A stretch of DNA of 64,000 nucleotides from Candidatus Hydrogenedentota bacterium. Its GTDB lineage: Bacteria; Hydrogenedentota; Hydrogenedentia; Hydrogenedentales; SLHB01. The stretch lies in assembly GCA_963745075.1 (NCBI GenBank), contig CAVUWV010000020.1:172280-236279 (forward strand), read 5' to 3'. A program made the position numbers and the translations under genes. This document shows positions 52,042-61,290 of this stretch, one piece after another. Below the pieces are notes generated by a model. It was given only the letters and a program-made list of their open reading frames with translations. It was not told where the DNA came from and did not search any database. The first letter of the stretch is position 1. The number at the start of each line of letters is the position of its first letter.

Positions 52042-52141
52042 CAAGAGTGACGCTAGTGACACATGGTTCAGAAATCGATCGCGTAGGAGATGTTATAGAG
52101 CAAAGAATGGAATATAGCGTCACAAACGACACAGCGCCACT
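52037..52141. other. Putative replication-origin-like iteron set
   Basis: AGTGAC three times at 9 bp period (52037, 52046, 52055), an AT-richer spacer, then inverted CGTCAC/CGACAC/CGCCAC (52118, 52127, 52135); GTGACGCTA and TAGCGTCAC are exact reverse complements. Confidence 0.55.
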
Positions 52142-52269
52142 GGGAGCGCCATGCACCAGCGTGGCGGGGTACGGAGTGTGCAAATCCTTCGGTATAAGGA
52201 CTACGTTGCCTTTGCGACAGTCACTCCTCCGACTCATCGCCAGGCTGGTGCCTGGCGCTCCCAGTGGGG
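52137..52269 (+). repeat. REP doublet (REPIN-like hairpin) copy 3, direct repeat of copy 2
   Basis: CCACTGGGAGCGCCATGCACCAGCG ... GTCACTCCTCCGA..TCGCCAGGCTGGTGCCTGGCGCTCCCAGTGGGG, arms nearly identical to copy 2. Confidence 0.9.
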
Positions 52270-52271
52270 TC

Positions 52272-52300
52272 TTGACACTCACGGGGCGCGGTTCTATGAT
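52272..52300 (+). promoter_or_regulatory. Near-consensus sigma70 promoter
   Basis: TTGACA (52272-52277), 17 bp, TATGAT (52295-52300). Confidence 0.7.
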
Positions 52301-52548
52301 CCTTGCAGAGGACTTGCTCTGGTTGGCCGGGGGCAGGTTCAGACGGGGGAGTTTCGGCCAGACGTTAGGGGGTGCTGGAGCCATGCTTCGGCCATTTATT
52401 CCGGTAAGCTGGTCTTGCCGTCAAACCTCGGAGAGACATCTCACCCACATCGTCCATGCTGAATTCCGCGTCGCGACACGTCTCCCCCACTGTAACCAAC
52501 CGAAGGGGCGTCGGCCCTGAGCGCAAACTGCTGAGAGGAGAACATGCC

Positions 52549-53520
52549 ATGTCACAGAAGACCGATCGACGGACGTTCGTGAAGAGCGCGCTCGCGGCAC
52601 CGGCTGCCATGGCAATGTCCATGCAAGCTCGTGGAGAAGCCCCGGCCGGGCCGGTGTCCCAGGGAACCGCGCCCGAGGCCACCTTACCTCAAGGACGCAT
52701 CGGCAACATGCAGATCAGCCGACTGTTGTTGGGGGGCAATTTGCTGACTCACTTCACCCACAGTCGCGACCTGAAATACGTCTACAATCTCGCGGCCCAT
52801 TACAACACCGACGATAAGATTATCGAAACGCTGGCGGTCGCCGAGCAGCACGGGATCAACACGCTTGTCATCCACACGGTGCCCGAGGTGCTTGCCACGC
52901 TGCGGAAATACCGTGTCGAGATGGGCGGTAAAATACAGTGGATCATCTGCCCGACGGCGCCCGTCGGGGCCGACCTCAGCGAGTACGCCAAATCGGTGGA
53001 AGCGCTCGTGGGCGACGGCTGCGAAGGCATCTACCTCTGGGGTGTCCACGCGGACAACCTGGTGGCCGACGGCCGGATGGACACGATCAAGCGATTGGTC
53101 GACCTCGCGAAGGAACACGGTGTCCCCTCCGGTGTTGGCTGTCACGATACGAACGTCGTTGTGGAGTGTGAGAAGAACAACGTCGACGCGGACTTCTACA
53201 TCAAGACGTTCCACCATCACAAGTACCCGACCGCGCCAAAGCCCCACGAACTCACGGCACCGTATTGCGAGATTCCCGGGTACTGGTGCAAGAGTCCGCA
53301 AGATACGATCGAGGTCATGGCAACGGTGGAGAAGCCATGGATCGCCTTCAAGGTCATGGCTGCCGGCGCCATCCCGCCGCCGAGTGCATTTCAATATGCG
53401 TTCAACAACGGCGCCGACCACGTCCTCGCCGGCATGTTCGACTTTGAAATCGCCGAGAACGCCGGAATCATGAAAGAGATTCTTCCCAGCGTCGACCGGA
53501 AACGTCCGTGGAGAAGCTGA
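52549..53520 (+). CDS. Tat-exported hypothetical protein, aldo/keto-reductase-like barrel
   Basis: GAGGAG RBS; DRRTFV leader; LP.GRIG..QISRLLLGGN and KPWIAFKVMAAG patterns. Confidence 0.75.
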   Translation: MSQKTDRRTFVKSALAAPAAMAMSMQARGEAPAGPVSQGTAPEATLPQGRIGNMQISRLLLGGNLLTHFTHSRDLKYVYNLAAHYNTDDKIIETLAVAEQHGINTLVIHTVPEVLATLRKYRVEMGGKIQWIICPTAPVGADLSEYAKSVEALVGDGCEGIYLWGVHADNLVADGRMDTIKRLVDLAKEHGVPSGVGCHDTNVVVECEKNNVDADFYIKTFHHHKYPTAPKPHELTAPYCEIPGYWCKSPQDTIEVMATVEKPWIAFKVMAAGAIPPPSAFQYAFNNGADHVLAGMFDFEIAENAGIMKEILPSVDRKRPWRS

Positions 53521-54422
53521 CGCGGCGGCTATCGATTCTGGCCGCGTGCCTCGTCGCACCGCAGTTTTCGCTCGCCGACAACGTGGTACCCACCGTTTCG
53601 GACGAAGTCCGTCCTGCCTTCTTCGCGTTCTGCATGGACACCCACGACAGCCAGAAGCGATCCCTGGAGGAGCAAGCCGCGCTGCTCGATGAACTCGGGT
53701 ACGATGGCGCCGGTCATCTTTGGCTGGACGATCTCGACCAGCGCATCCAAACGCTCGACGCCCACGGGCTCAAGCTGTTCCAGGTCTACTTGCGCGTCAA
53801 CATCGCTCCCGACGCAACGCCATACGATCCCCGTATCGAGGAATCGCTGCCGTTGCTTAAGGGCCGTGACACTATGCTGGCGTTATTGATCAGCGGAGGC
53901 CCCCCGTCCGATCCCGCGGGCGATGCCCGGGCCGTCGAACTCGTGCAAGCAATCGCCGATCCGGCCGCCGGGGCCGGGGTACGCGTCGCGCTTTATCCCC
54001 ATTCCGGGGAGTGGCTCGAACGCGTGGAAGATGCAATCCGGGTTGTGCAGAAGGTGGATCGCCCGAACGTTGGGGCCATGTTCAACCTATGCCATTGGTT
54101 GAAAGTGGACGACGAGGACAACCTGCAACCGCTGCTGACTTCCGTCCTGCCCTACTTGTTCGCCGTGAGCATCCATGGCGCAGATACCGCGACAGAGATC
54201 CACGCGGGCACGGGCAATTGGATACAGCCCTTGGACAGCGGATCATTCGATGTGAGCGCGTTGCTGGATCTGCTCCGAGACCTCGGCTATCGCGGTCCCA
54301 TTGGGTTGCAATGTTACGGCATCCCCGGCGATGCACGGGACCATCTGACGCGGTCGATGGCGGCTTGGCGCGAATTAACGCAAGAACGCAAGACCTCCAC
54401 TTCCGGCGAAGGCCGACCCTAA
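53508..54422 (+). CDS. Secreted sugar phosphate isomerase/epimerase (TIM barrel)
   Basis: ELGYDG, VALYPH, MFNLCHW, SIHG, QPLDSGSFD, GYRGPIGLQCYG; start approximate. Confidence 0.8.
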   Translation: MEKLTRRLSILAACLVAPQFSLADNVVPTVSDEVRPAFFAFCMDTHDSQKRSLEEQAALLDELGYDGAGHLWLDDLDQRIQTLDAHGLKLFQVYLRVNIAPDATPYDPRIEESLPLLKGRDTMLALLISGGPPSDPAGDARAVELVQAIADPAAGAGVRVALYPHSGEWLERVEDAIRVVQKVDRPNVGAMFNLCHWLKVDDEDNLQPLLTSVLPYLFAVSIHGADTATEIHAGTGNWIQPLDSGSFDVSALLDLLRDLGYRGPIGLQCYGIPGDARDHLTRSMAAWRELTQERKTSTSGEGRP

Positions 54423-54437
54423 TCGGGTTCGAGATCG

Positions 54438-55352
54438 CTACTCGCCTCTAGCGCCGGAAGCGATCCACATGCGGATGGTGTGGAGTTCGTCTTCCGTGAG
54501 TTCGTCTGCATCTTTCGGCATTTTGGGTTCGTAAATGCCGCGGATGTGAAGCACCATGGGACTCTGGTCCGGCGCACCGGGTAACGCGGCGGGTCCGGCG
54601 TAGTCGCCTCCTTTAAGGATAGCGTCCTGGGTGGCGAGGTCAAGACCGGCCTTGGGATTCTCGCCACTGTGACACGTGTAGCAGTGGCGTTCCAGGATCG
54701 GGGCAACGTCACTTTGAAACTGCACCAGCGCGGCTTGGGCGGGATCAATGGACTGGATAGTCGGGGTGTAGGTCGCGTCAACGGGTTCAACACGAACGGA
54801 AGTCGCGAAGGGAATGGCGGCGGATGCCCCACTTTGGTACGCGCCCACGACCGGGGTCGCCCCGGATCGACCGTCGGCTCCGACGACGGGGGTGCCGATA
54901 CCGAACCCGTAGACCAAACGTCCGCCGCTAGACCCTGCGAGCAATACCATGCCTGCGAGACCCAGCGCGTTAACGACCGCAAGTCCGGCGAGGAGTCTTC
55001 CGAGAAAGCGGCCACCAAAGTGGCTTGCAGTAACAAGAATGGAAGTTACGAGGGCCAGCGCCGCTACGGAGAAGCCGAGTTGCCGGTGTTGCGCGACGAC
55101 GGCCTCGATTTTGTCATTCGCCAGGGCAACAAGTTCCGCCGCTGCCCGGTCCCCAGCCAGTACGGCTGCCAACGCGATGACACTTGTGAAAAAGAAAAAG
55201 ACCCCGGCGTGGAGGCGCACATTCGGCCAACGTCTTGACTCGCGGACGGCGAGGAGAATCAGAGGAAACCCGAGGATGCCAAGGCTGATAGGCAAATGCG
55301 CGGTCGCCGCATGCAAGGCGTGCGGTGATTCAAGAACTCTCGTCAAGTCCAT
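54438..55352 (-). CDS. DUF2231-like membrane domain fused to a planctomycete-type cytochrome c
   Basis: H.ATAHLPI, G...GG.LVY..G.G; C-terminal F..DVAPILERHCYTCH (CxxCH), PG.P..S.M, PKMP, IRMWI..GA. Confidence 0.8.
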   Translation of the reverse strand: MDLTRVLESPHALHAATAHLPISLGILGFPLILLAVRESRRWPNVRLHAGVFFFFTSVIALAAVLAGDRAAAELVALANDKIEAVVAQHRQLGFSVAALALVTSILVTASHFGGRFLGRLLAGLAVVNALGLAGMVLLAGSSGGRLVYGFGIGTPVVGADGRSGATPVVGAYQSGASAAIPFATSVRVEPVDATYTPTIQSIDPAQAALVQFQSDVAPILERHCYTCHSGENPKAGLDLATQDAILKGGDYAGPAALPGAPDQSPMVLHIRGIYEPKMPKDADELTEDELHTIRMWIASGARGE

Positions 55353-55497
55353 AGGGAAACCCCAAGCGGGGGAATTCAGGCCTGAACAAAGGGGAACGAA
55401 CCACGCCATCCAACGGGAATGACGCTCCATTTCGCCCGCTATTCCAGCAGAATTCGTCCTTCCAGGTCAAAACATTGTCACTGCGCCGAATGTATCC

Positions 55498-56340
55498 TCA
55501 CTTCATCCTGCGCTGAACGGCCTTCTGTCCGTTCGGGGCCGGGGTAAAGAGATCGACCTCGGTCAGGCCAAGTTCCCGCGCCATGGTCAACGAATAGTCC
55601 AGCAGTCCCATCTTGGGATACCGGCCGTTGGAGCCGAAGGAGAATTTGACGCCCGCCGCCTTGGCCTGTTCGAGCCAGGGGCGTTTGGGCAGTTGAAATC
55701 CCGAGCTGATCTCGATGGCGATGCCGTATTGGACAGCCGTGTCGACCACGCGCCCCACCCGCGGTTCCGTCCACAGCGTATCGTAGTCCGCCGCGAAGGG
55801 CGCGGGCAGCCAGGATACATTGGCGAGGACGTCGATGGGCATCCGTTCCATGTTCTCGACGTAAAAGTCGACGTACCGATCCATGAACGTGTTCGGGTCG
55901 CCGATGTCGAGACCCGGCTCCCACATCTTCTGCCGCTGACCGTCTTTGCCCGGCCACGTCATCATGTCCGTCAGCACATAGTCGAGCCGCGCCAGGACAT
56001 CGCGCGAGAAGCAGTCCATCCAGTCGATCCACTCGGCTTGAATGCCTTTGTAAACCGGTTTCCCTTCGAGCATGGCTAGGTAGCCTTCCAGCTCTTCGTC
56101 ATTGCTAAGCACCACCGGATAGTTGTTTTCCTTCGTGCCCGCGTGCTCGACAATTCCGAACGTGACGTGGCGCTCGTCCGCCAGACGAAGTACATCCTCG
56201 ATCGTGCTGTTATCGAGATGCACGTGAAGATCGACAACCGGATAGTTGGGCGCTTCGGCCGCGTGGGTAGCCGCAGCATAGGCGGATGCAACAACAGCGC
56301 TGCGGGCCAGAAAATCACGACGGGACAAAAGAGAACGCAT
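55498..56340 (-). CDS. PHP-domain phosphoesterase-like protein, Tat-exported
   Basis: SRRDFL leader; VDLHVH, GIVEH, G.AIEI, FSFGSN. Confidence 0.78.
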   Translation of the reverse strand: MRSLLSRRDFLARSAVVASAYAAATHAAEAPNYPVVDLHVHLDNSTIEDVLRLADERHVTFGIVEHAGTKENNYPVVLSNDEELEGYLAMLEGKPVYKGIQAEWIDWMDCFSRDVLARLDYVLTDMMTWPGKDGQRQKMWEPGLDIGDPNTFMDRYVDFYVENMERMPIDVLANVSWLPAPFAADYDTLWTEPRVGRVVDTAVQYGIAIEISSGFQLPKRPWLEQAKAAGVKFSFGSNGRYPKMGLLDYSLTMARELGLTEVDLFTPAPNGQKAVQRRMK

Positions 56341-56446
56341 GGTACTTCCCCCGAAAGGATCAGACTTCGGACGATCAAGCATCCCCGCTCGAGCGCCCAA
56401 AGAACGTCCAGCACGTTTGGTCTAAGGCTCGGATTCCTTCGCGCTA

Positions 56447-57808
56447 CTAGACCTTAATATCCTTGAGTTTCCAGCCCTTGCGGAACGCCGGCTTAATGTA
56501 ATCGTTGGCCTTCTCGTTGTTCGTGAACCGCAGATTCGCGGCATCCCACATAAGTTCCTCGTTTGGGAACCGCCAACTGATGGCGCCAAGCAATACCCAT
56601 TCTGTGTAGGGCCCGGCAATGCCGAAGGGCGAGCACGTCTCGTCCTCGCCTTTGCAGGCCTGGATCCAGTTCTCATAGTGTCCCGGCGACCGCTTCAGGA
56701 CCTGCGGCGGCAACGCGTAGTCCGTCATCTTCGCCGTCGGAAGCAGGCTGACAGATTCGCCGCGGCCCTTGGTGCCCATGTAGCCCTTCGACCCAACGAA
56801 GATTTCGTTGAATTCCTTCACCTCGTCCGCCGGAAGATCCGCGGGCGGTTTGTAGGTTCCGGCCATCTTGCCCTCATACCAATGTACCGTCACCGGACCC
56901 ATCTTGCCCCCGGGAACATATTGATTTGGGCGTTCCGGAAACTTCATCTTGCACGCATAGTGCGGATAGGTGACCGGGTTCACCCCTTCTACCGCGGTGC
57001 ACTCGACACTGACGGGACTGCCGAGTTGCAGGCCCCAGTTCGCCGGCCCGAGCATGTGGATGCCCCAGTCGCCGATCATCTGGGAGCCATACTCCAGGAA
57101 CCCGCGCCAGTTGGAGGGATGAATCTTCGAACTGTAGGGATGCTTGGCAGCCCGGCCGGTCCAGAGATCCCAATCCAGCGTGGGCGGCACCGCCTCACCC
57201 GTAGGCCATTCGGTAATGTCGCGCGCGAAACCGCCCCCGCTCATGGAGTGGACCTCGGTGATATCCCCGAGTTCGCCGCTCCAGATAATTTCGCAGGCGA
57301 CCCGCGTCGCTTCGGAGGAGTACCCCTGGTTGCCCATTTGAGTGACCACGTTGTACTTCTTGGCGGCTTTGGTCAGGAGACGGGCTTCCCAGACGGTTTG
57401 CGTGAGCGGCTTCTGGCAGTGCACGGCGACCCCGCGTTCCATGGCGTATAGCGCCACGGTGGCGTGCATATGGTCGGGAATGGTGATGGTAATCCCGTCG
57501 AGATTCTTGTGCTCCTTGTCAAGCATCTCACGATAATCCCGGTACAACTTCGCCTTTGGAAACAGCTCCGCCGCCTTCCCCAAGAAAGTCTCGTCCACGT
57601 CGCACAGCGCGTAGATGTTTTCGGTGCTGACGTTGCGGGTATCGTTGAGTCCCTGCATGCCGCCGACCCCGACGCAGCCGAGGTTCAGCTTGTCGCTCGG
57701 CGCTTGCTCGCCGGACGCCGCCAAAGCAGTACGCGGCACAATGGAAAAGGCCGTAAACGCTGCCGTTGAGGCCATGAATTCCCGCCGCGTAAATCGCTTC
57801 TTGCTCAT
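56447..57808 (-). CDS. Gfo/Idh/MocA oxidoreductase, Tat-exported
   Basis: AAGGAG RBS; TRREFM leader; VGVGG, ALCDVD, IPDHMH, CQKPL, TQMGNQG, GDWGIH. Confidence 0.95.
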   Translation of the reverse strand: MSKKRFTRREFMASTAAFTAFSIVPRTALAASGEQAPSDKLNLGCVGVGGMQGLNDTRNVSTENIYALCDVDETFLGKAAELFPKAKLYRDYREMLDKEHKNLDGITITIPDHMHATVALYAMERGVAVHCQKPLTQTVWEARLLTKAAKKYNVVTQMGNQGYSSEATRVACEIIWSGELGDITEVHSMSGGGFARDITEWPTGEAVPPTLDWDLWTGRAAKHPYSSKIHPSNWRGFLEYGSQMIGDWGIHMLGPANWGLQLGSPVSVECTAVEGVNPVTYPHYACKMKFPERPNQYVPGGKMGPVTVHWYEGKMAGTYKPPADLPADEVKEFNEIFVGSKGYMGTKGRGESVSLLPTAKMTDYALPPQVLKRSPGHYENWIQACKGEDETCSPFGIAGPYTEWVLLGAISWRFPNEELMWDAANLRFTNNEKANDYIKPAFRKGWKLKDIKV

Positions 57809-58123
57809 TCCATTCGCTCCTTGAGTTATTGCCGTCGTTTTCACCTTGGTTCGATTATCAACCGTCGCGGCGCTGGCACGGTTCCCCGGCTCGACAGTCC
57901 CCCGATACCCGGGAACCGGACCCTGGGTTCGCCCGAATCCCGTCTTGCGTAGCATTGCTTCCGGCGACGAATCCCTCTTCACGCCACAAGCCGCCAGAAC
58001 GGATGATATCGGTTTTGGGCAACCCTTTGGAAGTCGCATACCCAAGACGGTATGGCCCTCGAATGTTCTCGTCCCGGAACATTCCCATGTTTGGAACCTG
58101 CAGACAGGGAGGATGAACCAACA

Positions 58124-58132
58124 TGCTATACT
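58124..58132 (+). promoter_or_regulatory. Possible extended -10 element
   Basis: TGCTATACT about 67 bp before ATG 58199. Confidence 0.35.
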
Positions 58133-58198
58133 GAATCGTGATGTGAGATTGAAAGTTTTCCCATTTCTGCGAACGCTCAATGATCGGGAGGTCATACG

Positions 58199-59088
58199 AT
58201 GAAAATGCACCGTCGCGAATTCCTGGGGGCCGCCGTCGCTGGGGCTGTCGGCGTAATGACCGCAGACACAATATCGTTTGCGGCGCCGGTGGATGCTAAT
58301 CCCGCAGCGACCGTGCCCCTCGGACAAGCGCTGAAGGCTTGCCGCATTTCTTGCGGAACCGGAATGGCCGGCAGCAACCGGGAGACGAACCAGACGCGGT
58401 TGGGAAAAGAAAAATTCGAAGCGTTGCTCGAGTACGCGTACGACCGCGGGGTGCGACAGTTTGACATGGCCGACATGTATGGCACGCATCCATTCGTGGG
58501 GCGTGTGTTAAAGAATAAGCCGCGTGACGAAGTCCAACTGGTCAGCAAGATATGGACGCAGCCCGGAGGGCTTCCGAGAAGGAACGGCTTCCGGCTGACC
58601 AATTGGTCGAGCGCTTTCTCAAGGAATTGCAGACCGACTATATCGACGTGCTCCAGATTCACTGCATGACCGCCGCCGATTGGAACGTCCAAGAACGGCA
58701 ACAGATGGACATCATGGCGGAACTCAAAGAAAGAGGCCTGATTCGAGCGCATGGGGTGTCCGTTCACTCCCTCGAGGCCTTGAAGACCGCAGCGGAAGAG
58801 CCTTGGGTCAACGTCATTCACGCCCGCGTCAATCCCTTCGGTCATCGAACGGACGGCCCCCTCGAGGAGGTCGTCCCGGTTCTCCAAAAGGCCCACACCA
58901 ACGGCAAGGGCATCATCGGCATGAAACTGATCGGTGAAGGCAGCTTCGACGCCGAGCAACGCAAGACGACGCTGAAGACCGTGATGGACTTGGGCTGCGT
59001 GGATTGCCTGACGGTCGGTTTTGAAAAGCCTGAAGAGGTCGACGAATTCCTCGCCAATGTAAGCGAGCGGCTGGCGGTCCAGGCGTAG
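58199..59088 (+). CDS. Aldo/keto reductase, Tat-exported (frameshift near 58575)
   Basis: HRREFL leader; FDMADMYG and VSK in the first frame; RFLKELQTDYIDVLQIH, GLIRAHGVS and GMK in the second. Confidence 0.85.
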
Positions 59089-59337
59089 CGAAACGGTCAT
59101 AGATCACGAATTGCTTCGCGCCGGGGCAGGGACGGCGTTCACAGCAAGGTGAGCAACGTGTACGATTACCGGTGTTCGAATACTTGGGGGGCTCGATGTG
59201 CCGTAGTAAACGGCGCTGAGCGATGACTTGAGTTCAGCTGGAAGATAGGCCGTTATTAAGGCGTACAGACAGCTGTTCTCGGGCACTGGACAGAACGAGG
59301 CCATTGTTTGGCAAGCGTCTGTGGGGGAAAAGCACGC

Positions 59338-61252
59338 ATGCGCGCACTCACGAATGAGGCTATCATCAGGAGAATCGTCGCGGGCGTTGCACTGTGCGCA
59401 TCGATCGCGATCACGGTGTGGGCAGAGCCACTCACCCTTCCTCCCGACGAGCGACCCGCATGGCTGTCGCGTGACGGCATCGTTATGGCGGGGAGTTGGG
59501 AACCGCTGTTGTTTCGGGTCCGCAGGGATGGTGCGGCAGGTTATGAACCGTCACCGGAACAGCAGTCCGGGTATGCGCGCGAACACAGTGCGGAGATGGT
59601 CGCACAGCTCAAAGCGTTGGGCGTGAACTTCGTCATGAGCCACTGCTACAAGGGAGCAGGGCTTGAGGCCGAGCGGCAAAGCATGGAAGACGCCGCCCAG
59701 TTTCTCCAAGGTTTGCCACGATGCCGGGTCTGCACGTCGGCGTATACACGTACAGCGGCGCATTTCTCTGGGAACCCTTCTTCAAGGAGATCCCGCAGGC
59801 CCGCGATTGGCTGCTCCTGGACGAGCACGGCGACCCTCGACCGTACGGCAGCGCCTCGTATCGATACTACTGGGACCGAAACAACCCGGACGCCCAAGCC
59901 TTCTACCGTCGGGTCGTCGAGTTCGCGGTCAAATGACATTCGCGCCGACCTCATCCATTTCGACAACTACTCCTACGGTCCCGGCAGCGATGCAAATTCA
60001 GTGCAGCGGTTCCAACAATACTTGGCGGAGACGTTTCCCGCGAAGGTACTTGAGGCTATGGGGCCGGTGGATGCCGAGGTTGTGCGTTCCGTCATGGTGG
60101 GCGCGCCGGACGATTTGCTGCGGCGCGCATGGCTCGATTTCCAGGCCCAATCGCTCGCCGACTCCTACCGCGACATGGGGCGCTACGCCCGCTCCCTGCG
60201 GAAGGACATTCTCCTTGAGTGCAATCCGGGAGGCGTAGGAGATCGGATTCGTCCTTCCATCGACCACGGACGCTTGCTGCAAGGCGGTGAGGCCTTCTGG
60301 GACGAGGGGCCCGCGCCGGGCCTCCGAGACGGTCAACTCCACACACGCATTCAGACGTACAAGATCGCGCGGCGCATGGATAACATAGCCTTTCTGTACA
60401 CGACCTCTCCGCTCGAGATGGCCGAGGCGATGGCCTTCAATCGGGACTGCCTGGGCTGCATATGCTGGTTCGAGTACGGGAACATCGTACGCCGTCCCGG
60501 TTCGACGGAGACCGATGTCGAGCGACGTGACTCCGTACATTCAATTCTTCCGCGAACGCCGCGATCTATTTCGGGATGCCGAGGTCGTGGCCGACATCGC
60601 GGTGCTGCGGAGCTTTCCTTCGCAGGTTCTGGCGGGTCCGAAATACGGTGAGATGACGGCGCGGACCGAGCAGTCGCTGATCGAGCATGCGGCCTGTTTT
60701 CAGATCATCTATGACCACCATCTGGCCGATCTCGCCCGCTACCGGTATCTGGTACTGGCCGGCTGCGTGGCCCTTTCCGACGCGCAGGTCGAGGCAATCA
60801 TGAAGTACGTCGAGAATGGCGGACAGCTTGGCATCATCGGTCCGCTCGCCACCCATGACGAATGGATGCGGCCTCGCGCGGTGCCTGCCCTCGCCGATCT
60901 TCCTCTAGGCCGCGTGACGCGGTTCCAAACGCCCCAGCAGTTTTCGGACGAGTTCCACCAGGCTTGGGCCAATGATTTGACGCTTTCGACGGACGGGCCT
61001 GTGGGATTATGTTCGGAAGTAACCGAACAGGCGGGCAAACGGCTGGTCCATCTTGTGAACTATCGGCAGGACGGTCCCGTCCGAAACGTTCGCGTGCAAC
61101 TGCGGGTGCCGCGCGAGGTGCAGCGCGTGACGCTCGCCACTCCCGGCCAAAGCGATGAGCTTACCGAACCTTTCGAACAGGTGGAAGGTATTGTCAGATT
61201 CATTGTACCGGAGGTAGCCATTTACGAAGTGGCCGTGATTGACTATGGCTGA
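59338..61252 (+). CDS. Secreted putative glycoside hydrolase-like protein with a C-terminal GATase-like/beta-galactosidase trimerisation-type domain (frameshifts near 59705, 59930, 60515)
   Basis: Signal peptide; GLHVGVY, ADLIHFDN; L..YRYLVL.G..ALSD.QVEAI..YVENGG, VHLVNY; pieces in ORFs 59308, 59721 and 60515. Confidence 0.6.
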
Positions 61253-61290
61253 CGCAATTTCTGCGAACATCGCATCAGGAGTACAAGCCA

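Noticed and set aside
49528..52269. Repeats read as a CRISPR array or as IS terminal inverted repeats
   Set aside because: The units are inverted doublets separated by whole genes rather than regularly spaced direct repeats. There are no cas genes or DDE transposase, and I found no target-site duplication.
57809..58489. 227 aa N-terminal extension of the Gfo/Idh/MocA ORF (also the upstream extensions on gltA, the sulfatase, GNAT, SRPBCC and DUF1593 ORFs)
   Set aside because: RBS and signal peptides mark downstream starts; the extensions overlap other genes or intergenic DNA.
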